Below are positions 16,349 to 25,571 of a stretch of DNA of 64,000 nt, in pieces (position 1 is the first letter of the stretch; each line of letters starts with the position of its first letter). Below the pieces are notes generated by a model that saw only the letters and a list, made by a program, of their open reading frames with translations, made no database searches and was not told where the DNA came from. The position numbers were made by a program, and so were the translations under genes. The stretch is from Actinomycetota bacterium (GTDB taxonomy: Bacteria > Actinomycetota > Acidimicrobiia > IMCC26256 > BP-133): positions 192 through 64,191 of the forward strand of contig JBFLYK010000036.1 of NCBI GenBank assembly GCA_040756995.1. Direction: 5' to 3'.

Positions 16349-17896
16349 GTGCACAGGCCTCGGCACGATGCCCTGACCCGGTCCGGTGGGCTGGGGCGCA
16401 GGGTGGCGGTGGCTTTGATGGCGCTGGCTGCTGCTGCATGTGGCTCCACGGCACCGCTCACGGCCGTGAACACGCAGACGCCGGCGGAAGAGTCGGCAAT
16501 GTTGGGTGCTCCGTCAGCCGGCACGCCGGCCGACGGCCCGCAGGCCGGCGGCGATACGTTCCCAGGATCCACGGGGGATACGACCGGAGCGGTCTCCAGC
16601 GGCGGTGCCTCCGTGCCGTCGGCGGGCGCTTTGGACCCCGGTCGAGCGACTTCGGCGGGACCGGCTGCCCGTGCCAACGGCGCCGCGGCATCTGGTCCGT
16701 CCACGACAACCAGCACCCGACCGGCTGTCGGCGGGGCTGGACCCGGGGGTGCGGCCGGAGGCGGACAGTTGCCGGCCTTCCCCGAGGACGGTGTGACTTC
16801 TTCGACAATCACCATCGGCGGGATCTTCCCGGTCAGCAGTGGGTTCTCGCAGGTGTTCAACAGCAAGGAGATGGCGAGGCTCGTCACCAAACTGGTTGAA
16901 CGGGTGAACGCCAACGGCGGTATCAACGGCCGCAAGGTCCGGTTCATCTGGTACGACGACGGCTTCGACCCGGGCCGGGGCGCCGAAGTGGTGAAGAAGC
17001 TGGTCGAGCAGGACAAGGTGACCGCCATCATCTCCACCATCTCCACGTTCACGACGCAGAACACGGCGAAGTACCTGCTCGAGCGCAACGTCGCGCACAT
17101 CGCGCCGGAGGGCTACCAGCACGAGTCGTACAGCCTTCCGAACTTCTACCCGGTGACGAACTTCTTCGACGTGCAGGGTGCTCGCATCGGGAAGTACCTG
17201 ACGTGCGAGCTTGGCATCAAGCGGGTCGGCGTGTGGTCGATCGCCGACTTTCCTCCGTCGAAGATCGGCGGTGACTCCATCGTGAAGGCTGTCCAAGAAT
17301 GCGGCGGCACAGTGGTGGACCGCGAAGACCCGAAGTTCGCCGAAACCGACTACACGCCCTACATCCTCCGGATGCGGGCGGCCAACCCCGAGGTGGTCGC
17401 CTCGGCCATGGACCCACTGGACGACGCCGTCATGGTGCAGACGGCCCAGACTCAGAATTACCGACCGCCGAAGGGCATGATGTTCCTTTCCGCCATGTCC
17501 GCCTTCAAGTCGATCGCGCAGGGCATGGGCGACTACGCCAACGGCTTCTGGTCCGTGTCCGAGTTCGACGTTGGGGTAGGGGCCAACAACCCGCTGCTGT
17601 CCGACTTCCTCTCGTTCGCCAAGTCCATTGGTATCGACGGCACGGACCGGTTCCCGCTTGAAGTCTGGTCGGGGTGGGCGATCTTCGAGGCTGCCGCCCG
17701 GGCCGCAGGGCCTGAGCTGAACCGGACGACGCTGCGTCAGCAGCTCGACCGGCTCGACATCGACCTGGGGTACGCCTGTGAGCCGTTCCGTTTCCGCCCT
17801 GGCCCGAAGAAGGGCAACCCGTGCCTCCGCGTGATCCAGTGGGACGCAAAGAAGCAGGTGTGGAACACGCTGAAGCCCTTCGAGCGGGTGCGCTGA
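16349..17896 (+). CDS. ABC transporter substrate-binding lipoprotein, LivJ/PBP type 1 family
   Basis: Signal peptide with lipobox LAAAAC. An ~120-aa Gly/Ala/Pro/Thr low-complexity linker follows, then a type-1 binding fold (ITIGGIFPVSSGFS...). Confidence 0.85.
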   Translation: MHRPRHDALTRSGGLGRRVAVALMALAAAACGSTAPLTAVNTQTPAEESAMLGAPSAGTPADGPQAGGDTFPGSTGDTTGAVSSGGASVPSAGALDPGRATSAGPAARANGAAASGPSTTTSTRPAVGGAGPGGAAGGGQLPAFPEDGVTSSTITIGGIFPVSSGFSQVFNSKEMARLVTKLVERVNANGGINGRKVRFIWYDDGFDPGRGAEVVKKLVEQDKVTAIISTISTFTTQNTAKYLLERNVAHIAPEGYQHESYSLPNFYPVTNFFDVQGARIGKYLTCELGIKRVGVWSIADFPPSKIGGDSIVKAVQECGGTVVDREDPKFAETDYTPYILRMRAANPEVVASAMDPLDDAVMVQTAQTQNYRPPKGMMFLSAMSAFKSIAQGMGDYANGFWSVSEFDVGVGANNPLLSDFLSFAKSIGIDGTDRFPLEVWSGWAIFEAAARAAGPELNRTTLRQQLDRLDIDLGYACEPFRFRPGPKKGNPCLRVIQWDAKKQVWNTLKPFERVR

Positions 17897-17897
17897 A

Positions 17898-19364
17898 ATG
17901 GGGCTTCCGGTGAAGGCCAAGCGCGTAGTGGTAGCCGTATCGGCAGCGGTGCTGACGGTCACGGCCGGCGCCGGTTGGGCCGCCGGTGAGGCGGCGCCAC
18001 CGCCCGTGCGTTGGGGCAGGCTTGACGCGTCACTCGACATGTCGACCTTCAGCGCCGGTCAGATCACAGGGGCGATCCGCGTCTGGGGGGCCCATGCGTA
18101 TTCCCACGTCGATGACTCCCCGTCGGCCCGGGCCGTCGGCTCGCCCCTCGACATCGGGGTACTCGCCACCGCCGCTGGCTTCCAGGGCGTTTCCTACCCG
18201 CTCACGTCCGAAAGTCTCAGTCCCGGCGGCGCCGACAAGGCGGAGTTCTCTGAGGCGTCACGGAGCGTGGAAGGCGTCGCCGAGGTGAAGCAGGTCTTCT
18301 CCTCGGCCACCACCAGCGCGGACCCGCCCACAGCGCAGGCCGATGGTGGCGGGCAGGCGGCGACCACCGCCCTCTTCACGGCCTCGACGTACCGAGCGAT
18401 GTCGAATCTCGCCGACGACGGCCGAGGCAAGGTCGCCGGCAACGGCGTGGTCTCGGTCGACAAGCTGACGGTCGGGCCGCTGATCGTCCAGAACGTCACC
18501 ACACTCGTCGAAGGGAGCACCGACGGCACCGAGGCCGGGACCAAACTATCGGCCCGGACACTCGTCACCGGCGCAACGGTCAACGACATCCCGGTGGAGA
18601 TCGGATCATCCGGCGTCACGGCCAGCGACCAGGGGGTCGGAGCCGACGGCCTGACGGCGCTCAACGAGCAGATCAAGACCGCACTCGCCAGCGCCGGCGT
18701 GCTCGACGTCGTGGTGGCCGAGCCCAAGGCCACCAAGGGCGACCATGGCTTTGGGATCGAGGCGGGAGGTCTTCGGGTGAAGTTCCTGCCCACGCCGGAG
18801 ATGAACGCTGCCGTCAACGCCGCCGTCCCGCTCGAAGCGGGCTTCGCCTCCGGCAAAGCGAACATGCTCGCCGTTCCGGTCGATGCCGAGGAAGGGGCCG
18901 GCCTTGGCGGTGGAGTGGGGGGAGTGGAAGTGGAACCTCTCCCTGGTGCCGCAACGTCCCCCGTCCCCGATTCTTCTTCCCTGCCGGGTGTGGCGTCGAG
19001 CTCCGAGTCCGGCTTCGTGGCGGCGCCGGCGTCGTCGAACCGGCTCGGTTCCCGGGATGGAGCCTCGGGCGCTGGTATCGCCAGTTCAGCAGGGCCCGGT
19101 CCAGGCTCCGCGGCTGTGCCGGGCGACGGCTCTACTTCGATCGTCCCCGCTCCGGCCCCGCCCGCTTCGGGGGGCGGCACGGCGGTAACGGCGGCCGCTC
19201 CGGTCGCGTTGACCCGGCCGAGCAACGGGCCGTGGATCGCCGCCCTCGCCGCCCTGAGCGTGGCGCTTTTGGCCGCCATGCTCATGGCTGCCCGGCGCGC
19301 CACGGCCAGCGGCGCCGGCTCGGGCCTCCGCCACGCGATCGATTCGCTGGCCGCCCGGCCTTGA
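17898..19364 (+). CDS. Hypothetical secreted protein with N-terminal signal/anchor and C-terminal TM anchor
   Basis: The start lies 1 nt after the SBP stop. N-terminal hydrophobic VVVAVSAAVLTVTAGAG, Pro/Ser/Gly-rich stalk and C-terminal TM WIAALAALSVALLAAMLMAA. I recognise no family. Confidence 0.7.
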   Translation: MGLPVKAKRVVVAVSAAVLTVTAGAGWAAGEAAPPPVRWGRLDASLDMSTFSAGQITGAIRVWGAHAYSHVDDSPSARAVGSPLDIGVLATAAGFQGVSYPLTSESLSPGGADKAEFSEASRSVEGVAEVKQVFSSATTSADPPTAQADGGGQAATTALFTASTYRAMSNLADDGRGKVAGNGVVSVDKLTVGPLIVQNVTTLVEGSTDGTEAGTKLSARTLVTGATVNDIPVEIGSSGVTASDQGVGADGLTALNEQIKTALASAGVLDVVVAEPKATKGDHGFGIEAGGLRVKFLPTPEMNAAVNAAVPLEAGFASGKANMLAVPVDAEEGAGLGGGVGGVEVEPLPGAATSPVPDSSSLPGVASSSESGFVAAPASSNRLGSRDGASGAGIASSAGPGPGSAAVPGDGSTSIVPAPAPPASGGGTAVTAAAPVALTRPSNGPWIAALAALSVALLAAMLMAARRATASGAGSGLRHAIDSLAARP

Positions 19365-19402
19365 CTCCCTTCGTCCGCTGATCACCACGCGGGAGGTTTG
19401 AA

Positions 19403-19876
19403 ATGATGTCAGTCGTTGAACAGGACGGCCTCGTAACACTGGAGGCCGACGAAGCCGTCCCAGTGAGGGACGAGCGGAGGGGACGCCTGGGCGCGCTCTT
19501 CGCCGATCCGCTGTGGGTCCTGCTGTTCGTCGGGCTCGTCGCCGTCGCCGTTGGGCTGGCGGGCGTCTTCTTGGCGCTGGCCCGCGTCCGACCGGAAATC
19601 GCGGTCCTGCGACAGATGCCGTACGTCGTGAGCGCCATCGCGTTCGGGACGCTCGCCCTGCTGGGGGCGCTGACCTGCTGTGGTTTCGTCGCCTGGCGAG
19701 CCTTCGGCCAGGTTCGCACGCTCACTTCCGAGCTCGAAGAGGCGGCGGCCGCGCTGATGTGGGAACGCGTCGCCGCGTCGGAGACCGAGCGGCGCGCCCG
19801 GCCGGCCCCGGCGGGAACCGACGATCGGCCGGCAGCCCGTTCCTCCGCCTCTACGGTCCGGACAACCGCAGGCTGA
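19403..19876 (+). CDS. Hypothetical two-TM membrane protein
   Basis: RBS GGGAGG upstream. TM segments LWVLLFVGLVAVAVGLAGVFLALA and VVSAIAFGTLALLGALTCCGFVAW, then a helical acidic tail. I recognise no family. Confidence 0.65.
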   Translation: MMSVVEQDGLVTLEADEAVPVRDERRGRLGALFADPLWVLLFVGLVAVAVGLAGVFLALARVRPEIAVLRQMPYVVSAIAFGTLALLGALTCCGFVAWRAFGQVRTLTSELEEAAAALMWERVAASETERRARPAPAGTDDRPAARSSASTVRTTAG

Positions 19877-19880
19877 GCGC

Positions 19881-20738
19881 GTGTTCCTCCAGTTCGTCAT
19901 CGTCGGCATCGGCATCGGGTTCATCTACGTGCTCTTCGCCGTGGGGATGGTGCTCATCTACCGGGAGAGCCGGGTCGTGAACTTCGCCCACGGCGGATTC
20001 GCCGCCGTGGGGGCCTATCTGTTCACCACGGTCTACAGCGGCGGCAGCCGCGGTTACGGCACGGCGTTGACGGCCGCGGTGCTGGCGTGCGCCGCGCTGG
20101 CGTGGCTCTCACATCGTCTCGTCCTACGGCTTGTGAGCGAGGCCGACCAGCTGACGTCGGCCATGGCGACGCTCGGTGTCCTCACGTGCACGATCGCCGG
20201 CATCCTCTGGGTCTTCGGCGCCACGCCGCGAGCGGTCCCTCCGGGCTTCGGCGGTGACGGGCTGACCTTCGGGTCGCTGGTCGTCACCTACCACTCGCTC
20301 TCCATCATGGTAACGGGAGCCGTCCTGTGCGCACTCCTGGGCTACATCGTCCAGCAGACCGGCATCGGGCGTTCGCTGCGGGCCATCTCCGAGAACCGGA
20401 CCACGGCCGCCCTGCTCGGGATCCCCGTTCGGCGCTACGACGAGGTCACCTGGGCCATCGCCGGTGGGCTGGCCGGCTTCGCCGGGGTGATGGTCACCCC
20501 GAGCACGGGCGTGACCGCCACGGCCCTCGTCTTCCTCCTCGTCAAGGGGTTCGCCGCCGCCCTCGTCGGCCGGTTCGAGAACCTCGTACTGGTCGTGGCC
20601 GGGGGCCTCACCATCGGGGTGATGGAGAGTCTCGTCATCTGGAAGTTCCAGCAGGTCGACGGACTGCGGGAGCTGCTGACGTTCGCCTTGATCGCCGCCG
20701 CCCTCCTGACCCGGGAGCGGGAGCGGGTGATCGCGTGA
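19881..20738 (+). CDS. Branched-chain-amino-acid-type ABC permease (LivH family)
   Basis: FLQFVIVGIGIGFIYVLFAVGMVLIY N-terminus and a multi-TM profile typical of LivH. Confidence 0.88.
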   Translation: MFLQFVIVGIGIGFIYVLFAVGMVLIYRESRVVNFAHGGFAAVGAYLFTTVYSGGSRGYGTALTAAVLACAALAWLSHRLVLRLVSEADQLTSAMATLGVLTCTIAGILWVFGATPRAVPPGFGGDGLTFGSLVVTYHSLSIMVTGAVLCALLGYIVQQTGIGRSLRAISENRTTAALLGIPVRRYDEVTWAIAGGLAGFAGVMVTPSTGVTATALVFLLVKGFAAALVGRFENLVLVVAGGLTIGVMESLVIWKFQQVDGLRELLTFALIAAALLTRERERVIA

Positions 20739-22675
20739 TCGCGCCTGGCCGCCGTGCGCCGAACCACGCCTCCTGGCGCCAGGTTCTGGGCGCGACGAAG
20801 GAGTTCTCGCTTGTCGATGCGGCCCAGGGTCGCGCCGCACTGGAGCGTCGGCGCGCTTGCCTGACCCGGCAGGTGCGAGAGCACCGTGAATCACCAGCGC
20901 GGTGGAAAAGCCGAGGCCGCGCCGCCCTCGCCGCCCTTCTTCTCCTCGCCGCCGCCTATCCCGCCGTCGCTGACAGCTACTGGATCTTCGTCGCAACCAC
21001 GGCGTTCGTAGTTGCCATCACCGCCCTCGGCTTCGTCGTCCTCGTCGGGCTGGCGGGACTGCCCTCGTTCGTTCAGGCGACCCTGATGGGTATCGGCGCC
21101 TTCACTACCTTCAACCTCGAGAAGGCCGGCGTTCCATTCCCGTTCACCGTTGTCGTTTCAGGTCTCGTCGCCGCCCTTCCGGCCGTGCTCGTTGCGTTAC
21201 CCGGGCTCCGGCTCCGGGGGGTCAGCCTGGGCATCCTCACCCTGGCGGCGGCCGTGGTCGGCGACGGACTTGTCTTCCAGTGGAACTGGTTCACTGGCGT
21301 CCTCTCCGGCGCCTCCGTCCCTCCGGCGACACTGGGGCCGCTCACGCTGTCGAGCGACACCGCCCAGTACAGCGTCGCCGCTGTGAGCTTCCTGGTCTGC
21401 CTCCTCGTCGTGTGGCGGATCAGCCGGGGCGCCACCGGGCGCGCCTTCCTGGCGCTGCAGGGCAGTGAGCCCGGGGCGGTGGCCGCAGGACTCAATCCCG
21501 ACGTCCTCAAGCTCGAGGCGTTCGCCCTCGGCGGGTTCCTGGCCGGGATCGGCGGCAGCCTCTTCGCCTACGGGCTCGGATCGCTGAGCGTCGTATCGTT
21601 CAACTTCGTCGTGTCGCTCAATCTGGTGGTCATCGCTGTGGTGGGCGGCGTGTACCACCCGCTGGGGGCCCTCGCCGCCGGGGTGGTCTACGCCTTCGGG
21701 CCGGCAGCGTTGCGGGAAGCCGAACTCGATCCAAATCTCGTCTTCGTCCTCACCGGTGCGGGACTGGTCCTCGCCTTGATCGCCGGCCGTGGTGGCATCG
21801 CCCAGTGGGTGGGCGGGGCCATGCGGGTCAGGCCCCGCCCGATGATCCCCCGGCCGGCCCCGGCCCCCACGGCGCGGCCGCACTCGGAGCCCGCCGGGGG
21901 GGATCCCCTCGGGGCCCGTCCGGTGCTGGAGCTGCACGGTTTGGCGAAGCGCTTCGGTGGCGTCCAAGCGGTGAGCGATGTGAGCCTCGCCGTCCCCCAA
22001 GGGCAGTTGGCTGCGTTGATCGGTCCCAATGGCGCCGGGAAATCGACATTGTTCCGCCTGGTCAATGGGATGTACGGCCCTGACCGCGGTGACGTGACGC
22101 TGCACGGCGAGTCGCTCCTGGGGCTCAGCCCCAGCCAAAGGGCCCGGCGCGGCCTCGGATGGACGTATCAGAGCACCCAGCTCTTCCCCGCCCTGACGAC
22201 CGTGGAGAATCTTCTTGTCCCGCTCGAGCGGCATTCACCCAGGCACGTCGCGGGCGACGTTGTCAGTGGCCCGGCAGGCCGGCGCCGCCGCCGGGAATCG
22301 GTAGCCCGGGCCTACGCCGCGCTCGACGAGGCAGAACTCGCCCGGTACGCCAACGAGCTGGTTGGCAACCTGCCATTCGGGGTCCTCCGACGCCTGGAGG
22401 TCGCCCGGGCGGTGGTGACCGAGCCCGAGATCCTGTTGCTCGACGAGCCTGCCACCGGCATGAACGCCCATGAGACCGAGGAGTTCGCCGAGTTCCTCCG
22501 CTCCGTGTGGGCCCGGCATGGAATCACGATCTTCTTCATCGAGCATGACATGAACCTGGTCATGCCCGTCGCCCATCAGGTCTACGTGCTTGACTTCGGC
22601 GAACTGATCGCTTCCGGCACGCCGGCCGAAATCCAGTCCAACCAGCGGGTCATCGACGTGTACCTCGGCGCATGA
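20735..22675 (+). CDS. Fused LivM-type permease / LivG-type ATPase
   Basis: The permease part (YWIFVATTAFVVAITALGFVVLVGLAGL...) continues without a stop into the ATPase (GPNGAGKSTLF, LLLDEPATGMN). GTG 20735 overlaps the LivH stop. The ORF-track start at 20327 lies inside livH in another frame. Confidence 0.8.
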   Translation: MIAPGRRAPNHASWRQVLGATKEFSLVDAAQGRAALERRRACLTRQVREHRESPARWKSRGRAALAALLLLAAAYPAVADSYWIFVATTAFVVAITALGFVVLVGLAGLPSFVQATLMGIGAFTTFNLEKAGVPFPFTVVVSGLVAALPAVLVALPGLRLRGVSLGILTLAAAVVGDGLVFQWNWFTGVLSGASVPPATLGPLTLSSDTAQYSVAAVSFLVCLLVVWRISRGATGRAFLALQGSEPGAVAAGLNPDVLKLEAFALGGFLAGIGGSLFAYGLGSLSVVSFNFVVSLNLVVIAVVGGVYHPLGALAAGVVYAFGPAALREAELDPNLVFVLTGAGLVLALIAGRGGIAQWVGGAMRVRPRPMIPRPAPAPTARPHSEPAGGDPLGARPVLELHGLAKRFGGVQAVSDVSLAVPQGQLAALIGPNGAGKSTLFRLVNGMYGPDRGDVTLHGESLLGLSPSQRARRGLGWTYQSTQLFPALTTVENLLVPLERHSPRHVAGDVVSGPAGRRRRRESVARAYAALDEAELARYANELVGNLPFGVLRRLEVARAVVTEPEILLLDEPATGMNAHETEEFAEFLRSVWARHGITIFFIEHDMNLVMPVAHQVYVLDFGELIASGTPAEIQSNQRVIDVYLGA

Positions 22676-23397
22676 GTCTCCTCCACATCGAAAACGTCGT
22701 AGCGTCCTACGGCCGGGTGCGGGTCCTGCACGGTGTCAGCCTCAAGGTCCGGGAAGGCCAGATCGTCAGTCTGCTCGGCGCCAACGGTGCCGGGAAGACC
22801 ACGACCCTGAAGGTGATCAGCGGGCTGCTCCCAGCCACCGCCGGCCGTATCACGTTCGGTGGAGTCCCGCTGCCCCGCACGCCCGACGCCATCGCCCGGG
22901 CCGGTATCGCGCACATTCCGGAGGGCCGTGGAATCTTCGCGACCCTCACCGTGAGGGAGAACCTGCAGTTGGGTGGCCGCCATCTCGGCGCTCGGCTGCC
23001 GCAGGAGTTCGATCGGGTGTTCGAACTCTTTCCGCGGCTGTCGGAACGCCTGGCCCAGCGGGCGGGGACGCTATCCGGAGGGGAGCAGCAGATGCTGGCC
23101 ATCGGGCGGGCGTTGCTCCGGCAGCCCCAGCTGCTCATGATCGACGAGCTGTCGCTGGGGCTCGCCCCGGTGGTGCTCGACGAGCTCTTCCCGGTCCTGC
23201 CCCGGATCGCAGCGCAGGGCACCGCCGTGCTCCTTGTGGAGCAGTTCGTCGGCCGGGCGCTGCAGGTCGCCGGCTACGCCTACCTGCTCGAGAAGGGCCG
23301 GGTCCAGGTCCACGGCTCACCAGACGAATTGTCACGTGACCAGACGGCGCTCAAGAGCGCCTACCTCGGAGGGGTAGAGGCCTCCCACACACGTTAG
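22672..23397 (+). CDS. ABC transporter ATP-binding protein (LivF family)
   Basis: GANGAGKTTTLK Walker A, LSGGEQQML signature and LLMIDELSLGLAP Walker B. 4-nt overlap with the upstream gene. Confidence 0.9.
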   Translation: MSLLHIENVVASYGRVRVLHGVSLKVREGQIVSLLGANGAGKTTTLKVISGLLPATAGRITFGGVPLPRTPDAIARAGIAHIPEGRGIFATLTVRENLQLGGRHLGARLPQEFDRVFELFPRLSERLAQRAGTLSGGEQQMLAIGRALLRQPQLLMIDELSLGLAPVVLDELFPVLPRIAAQGTAVLLVEQFVGRALQVAGYAYLLEKGRVQVHGSPDELSRDQTALKSAYLGGVEASHTR

Positions 23398-23408
23398 GAG
23401 AAGCAGAC

Positions 23409-23777
23409 ATGGATGACGAGGAGTTCCGGGCCACGATCGTCAAAGTGATCGGTGCGGTGGTCCACCAGCCGGAAGTGAAGAAGATTGCCGGATCCGGCAA
23501 GGTCTTCGCCTTCGGAGCGATCGACGCCCCGGCGACCTGGTACATCGACGCCAGCGGCGATCCGGTCTTCTCTGAGGGCACCCCGGAGAAGTTCGAAGTG
23601 CGGGCCACGATGACGAAGGCGGACTGGATATCGTTGCTGGCTGGCAAGCTGTCGCCAACCCAGGCCATGCTTCGAAAGAAGCTCAAGGTCGAGGGGTCAG
23701 TGGCGGCCATCACGAGCTTGTCGATGGACGCGCTCATCCGGACCTACAAGGAGCAGATGGAGGGTCAGACGGCGTGA
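23409..23777 (+). CDS. SCP2 sterol-carrier-like domain protein
   Basis: ADWISLLAGKLSPTQAMLRKKLKVEGSVAAITSL is the SCP2 C-terminal signature. Confidence 0.8.
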   Translation: MDDEEFRATIVKVIGAVVHQPEVKKIAGSGKVFAFGAIDAPATWYIDASGDPVFSEGTPEKFEVRATMTKADWISLLAGKLSPTQAMLRKKLKVEGSVAAITSLSMDALIRTYKEQMEGQTA

Positions 23778-24535
23778 TCCTCCAGGACAAAGTCGGCGTC
23801 ATCACTGGCGCCGCTCAGGGTATCGGACGGGCTTATGCTCTGGCTTGCGCCGCTCAGGGTGCCAGCGTAGTGCTGGCCGACATCCAAGATTCGGGGCCGG
23901 CGGCCAAGGCAGTGGAGGAGGAGGGAGGCACCGCCCTGGCCGTCGAGGTCGACGTGACCCGGCCAGAATCGAACGAGTCCATGGTGGCCGCCACGCTGGA
24001 GAAGTTCGGGCGAATCGACTTCCTGGTCAACAACGCTGCCCTCTACGGCGATCTCGAGTTGACCTACTGGGAGGACATCGCGATCGAGGATTGGGACCGC
24101 GTGATGGCCGTCAACGTGAAAGGCATGTTCCTGGCCAGCAGGGCGGTTGCCCCGCACTTCATCGAGCAGAGGGCCGGAAAGATCGTCAACATCTCATCGG
24201 GTACCGCCCACGCCGGCATCGTCGGGGCGCTGCACTACGTGACGTCGAAAGGAGCGGTAATCGGTTTCACCCGCGCACTGGCCCGCGAGCTCGGCGACTT
24301 CGGCATCAACGTCAACTGCCTGACGCCCGGCTTCACGATGAGCGAAGCCAGCAAGAAGCTCATGCGCGAGGCGGGGGCCGAGTCGTTGGAGGACCTCGTC
24401 GTCGCCGCCCAATGCTTCAAGCGGCCGGAGCAGCCCGAAGACCTGACCGGCGCGGTGGTGTTCCTCGTCTCGAACCTCTCCGACTTCATGACCGGCCAGG
24501 TCGTGAACGTCGACGGCGGATGGGTGATGCACTAG
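23774..24535 (+). CDS. SDR family oxidoreductase
   Basis: TGAAQGIGRAYA, NNAA and S...YVTSKGA (YxxxK). 4-nt overlap with the SCP2 gene. Confidence 0.9.
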   Translation: MILQDKVGVITGAAQGIGRAYALACAAQGASVVLADIQDSGPAAKAVEEEGGTALAVEVDVTRPESNESMVAATLEKFGRIDFLVNNAALYGDLELTYWEDIAIEDWDRVMAVNVKGMFLASRAVAPHFIEQRAGKIVNISSGTAHAGIVGALHYVTSKGAVIGFTRALARELGDFGINVNCLTPGFTMSEASKKLMREAGAESLEDLVVAAQCFKRPEQPEDLTGAVVFLVSNLSDFMTGQVVNVDGGWVMH

Positions 24536-24798
24536 CGAGGCGGACGCGGTCCAGCCGTCCCGCCGGTCCGCCCGATGGACGGCATCGCCGCCGGCTTCGA
24601 TTCACCCAGGCCGCCCGCTCCTTCCGGTCCGAGGCGGCGGCCCTGATGGAGAGCCTCTTCCGAATCCGTCGGAGACGAGTTCATGGGCGGCATGGCGCCT
24701 TGGCTGGTGTCCCGCCGTCCGTCGCCTCGTGGATGCGGCCACCCAGCACGCGTCCGGTCGGCGCCGTTGTGGAACTCGTCGACGCGCGTCGGAGCGCA

Positions 24799-25431
24799 TC
24801 AGCTCGAGACGGAGGAACTCGATCTCGACGGCTTCGGTTGTCTCTGGCCGAGCGGCGCCTGCAGGGCTTTGGCCCCGAGATGACTGACCAGGTCCCCGAA
24901 AGCATCGGGGCTTACACCGCGGCCCCGCCGGTACCAGCGGACCGCGGCGTTCGTCATCCCGAGCAGCGCCAAGGCCGTCAGCTTGGGTGGAACATCCTCG
25001 AAGTCCCCTGCGTCGATGCCGTCCTGGATGACGGCCGCGAGCTGGTCGACGTAGTACCGCTCGCCGGCTTCGAGTGTGTCGCGCACCCGGGTCGGAAGCG
25101 ACTTCATCTCGGCCAGGTACACCCCGAAAATGTTCACGTTGCTCAGGACGAGGCTGGCGTGGGACCTCAGGATCCGGTCGAGTTTCTCCGCCGGCGGAGC
25201 ATCCAGCGCGGCCGTCTGCTCCAGCTGCGCCGTGATTTCGTGGCCGGCGCTCTCGATCACCGCTACGAGGATCTGCTCTTTGCTCTTGAAGTAGTAATAC
25301 AGAGCGGCTCGGGTGAATCCGAACTCGTCAGCGATGTCATTGAGCGTGGCGCTGCGGTAGCCCTTGTTCCGGAAGACACGTGCCGCCACCCGGAGGATCT
25401 CGTCCCTTCGCGCACCGTTCGACACTGCCAC
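24799..25431 (-). CDS. TetR family transcriptional regulator
   Basis: HTH ILRVAARVFRNKGYRSATLNDIADEFGFTRAALYYYFKSKE. GTG 25431 is preferred. The upstream part of the 300-aa ORF is Arg/Pro-rich and non-coding-like. Confidence 0.85.
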   Translation of the reverse strand: MAVSNGARRDEILRVAARVFRNKGYRSATLNDIADEFGFTRAALYYYFKSKEQILVAVIESAGHEITAQLEQTAALDAPPAEKLDRILRSHASLVLSNVNIFGVYLAEMKSLPTRVRDTLEAGERYYVDQLAAVIQDGIDAGDFEDVPPKLTALALLGMTNAAVRWYRRGRGVSPDAFGDLVSHLGAKALQAPLGQRQPKPSRSSSSVSS

Positions 25432-25508
25432 CGGTCCCTCCCTCGTCGTCCGCCGTGCTGTGCTCGGACCTCTTCCAGTTTGCCGCCCCGGGGCCAGCCC
25501 GACGAAAC

Positions 25509-25526
25509 TTACTTTCTTGAAAGTCA
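25509..25526. promoter_or_regulatory. Putative operator TTACT-N8-AGTCA (site c) in the divergent TetR/reductase intergenic region
   Basis: TTACTTTCTTGAAAGTCA also contains the perfect palindrome ACTTTCTTGAAAGT. It lies between divergent starts at 25431 and 25572. Confidence 0.5.
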
Positions 25527-25571
25527 AAGCATCGGTTATCCTAGGCACATGAGCAAGCGGGGAGCGCGGCG

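Noticed and set aside
20327-20734. N-terminal 136 aa of the 782-aa ORF as part of the LivM-LivG protein.
   Set aside because: This stretch overlaps livH in another frame, is Arg/Pro/Gly-rich, and precedes a GTG that overlaps the livH stop in the pattern used throughout the operon.
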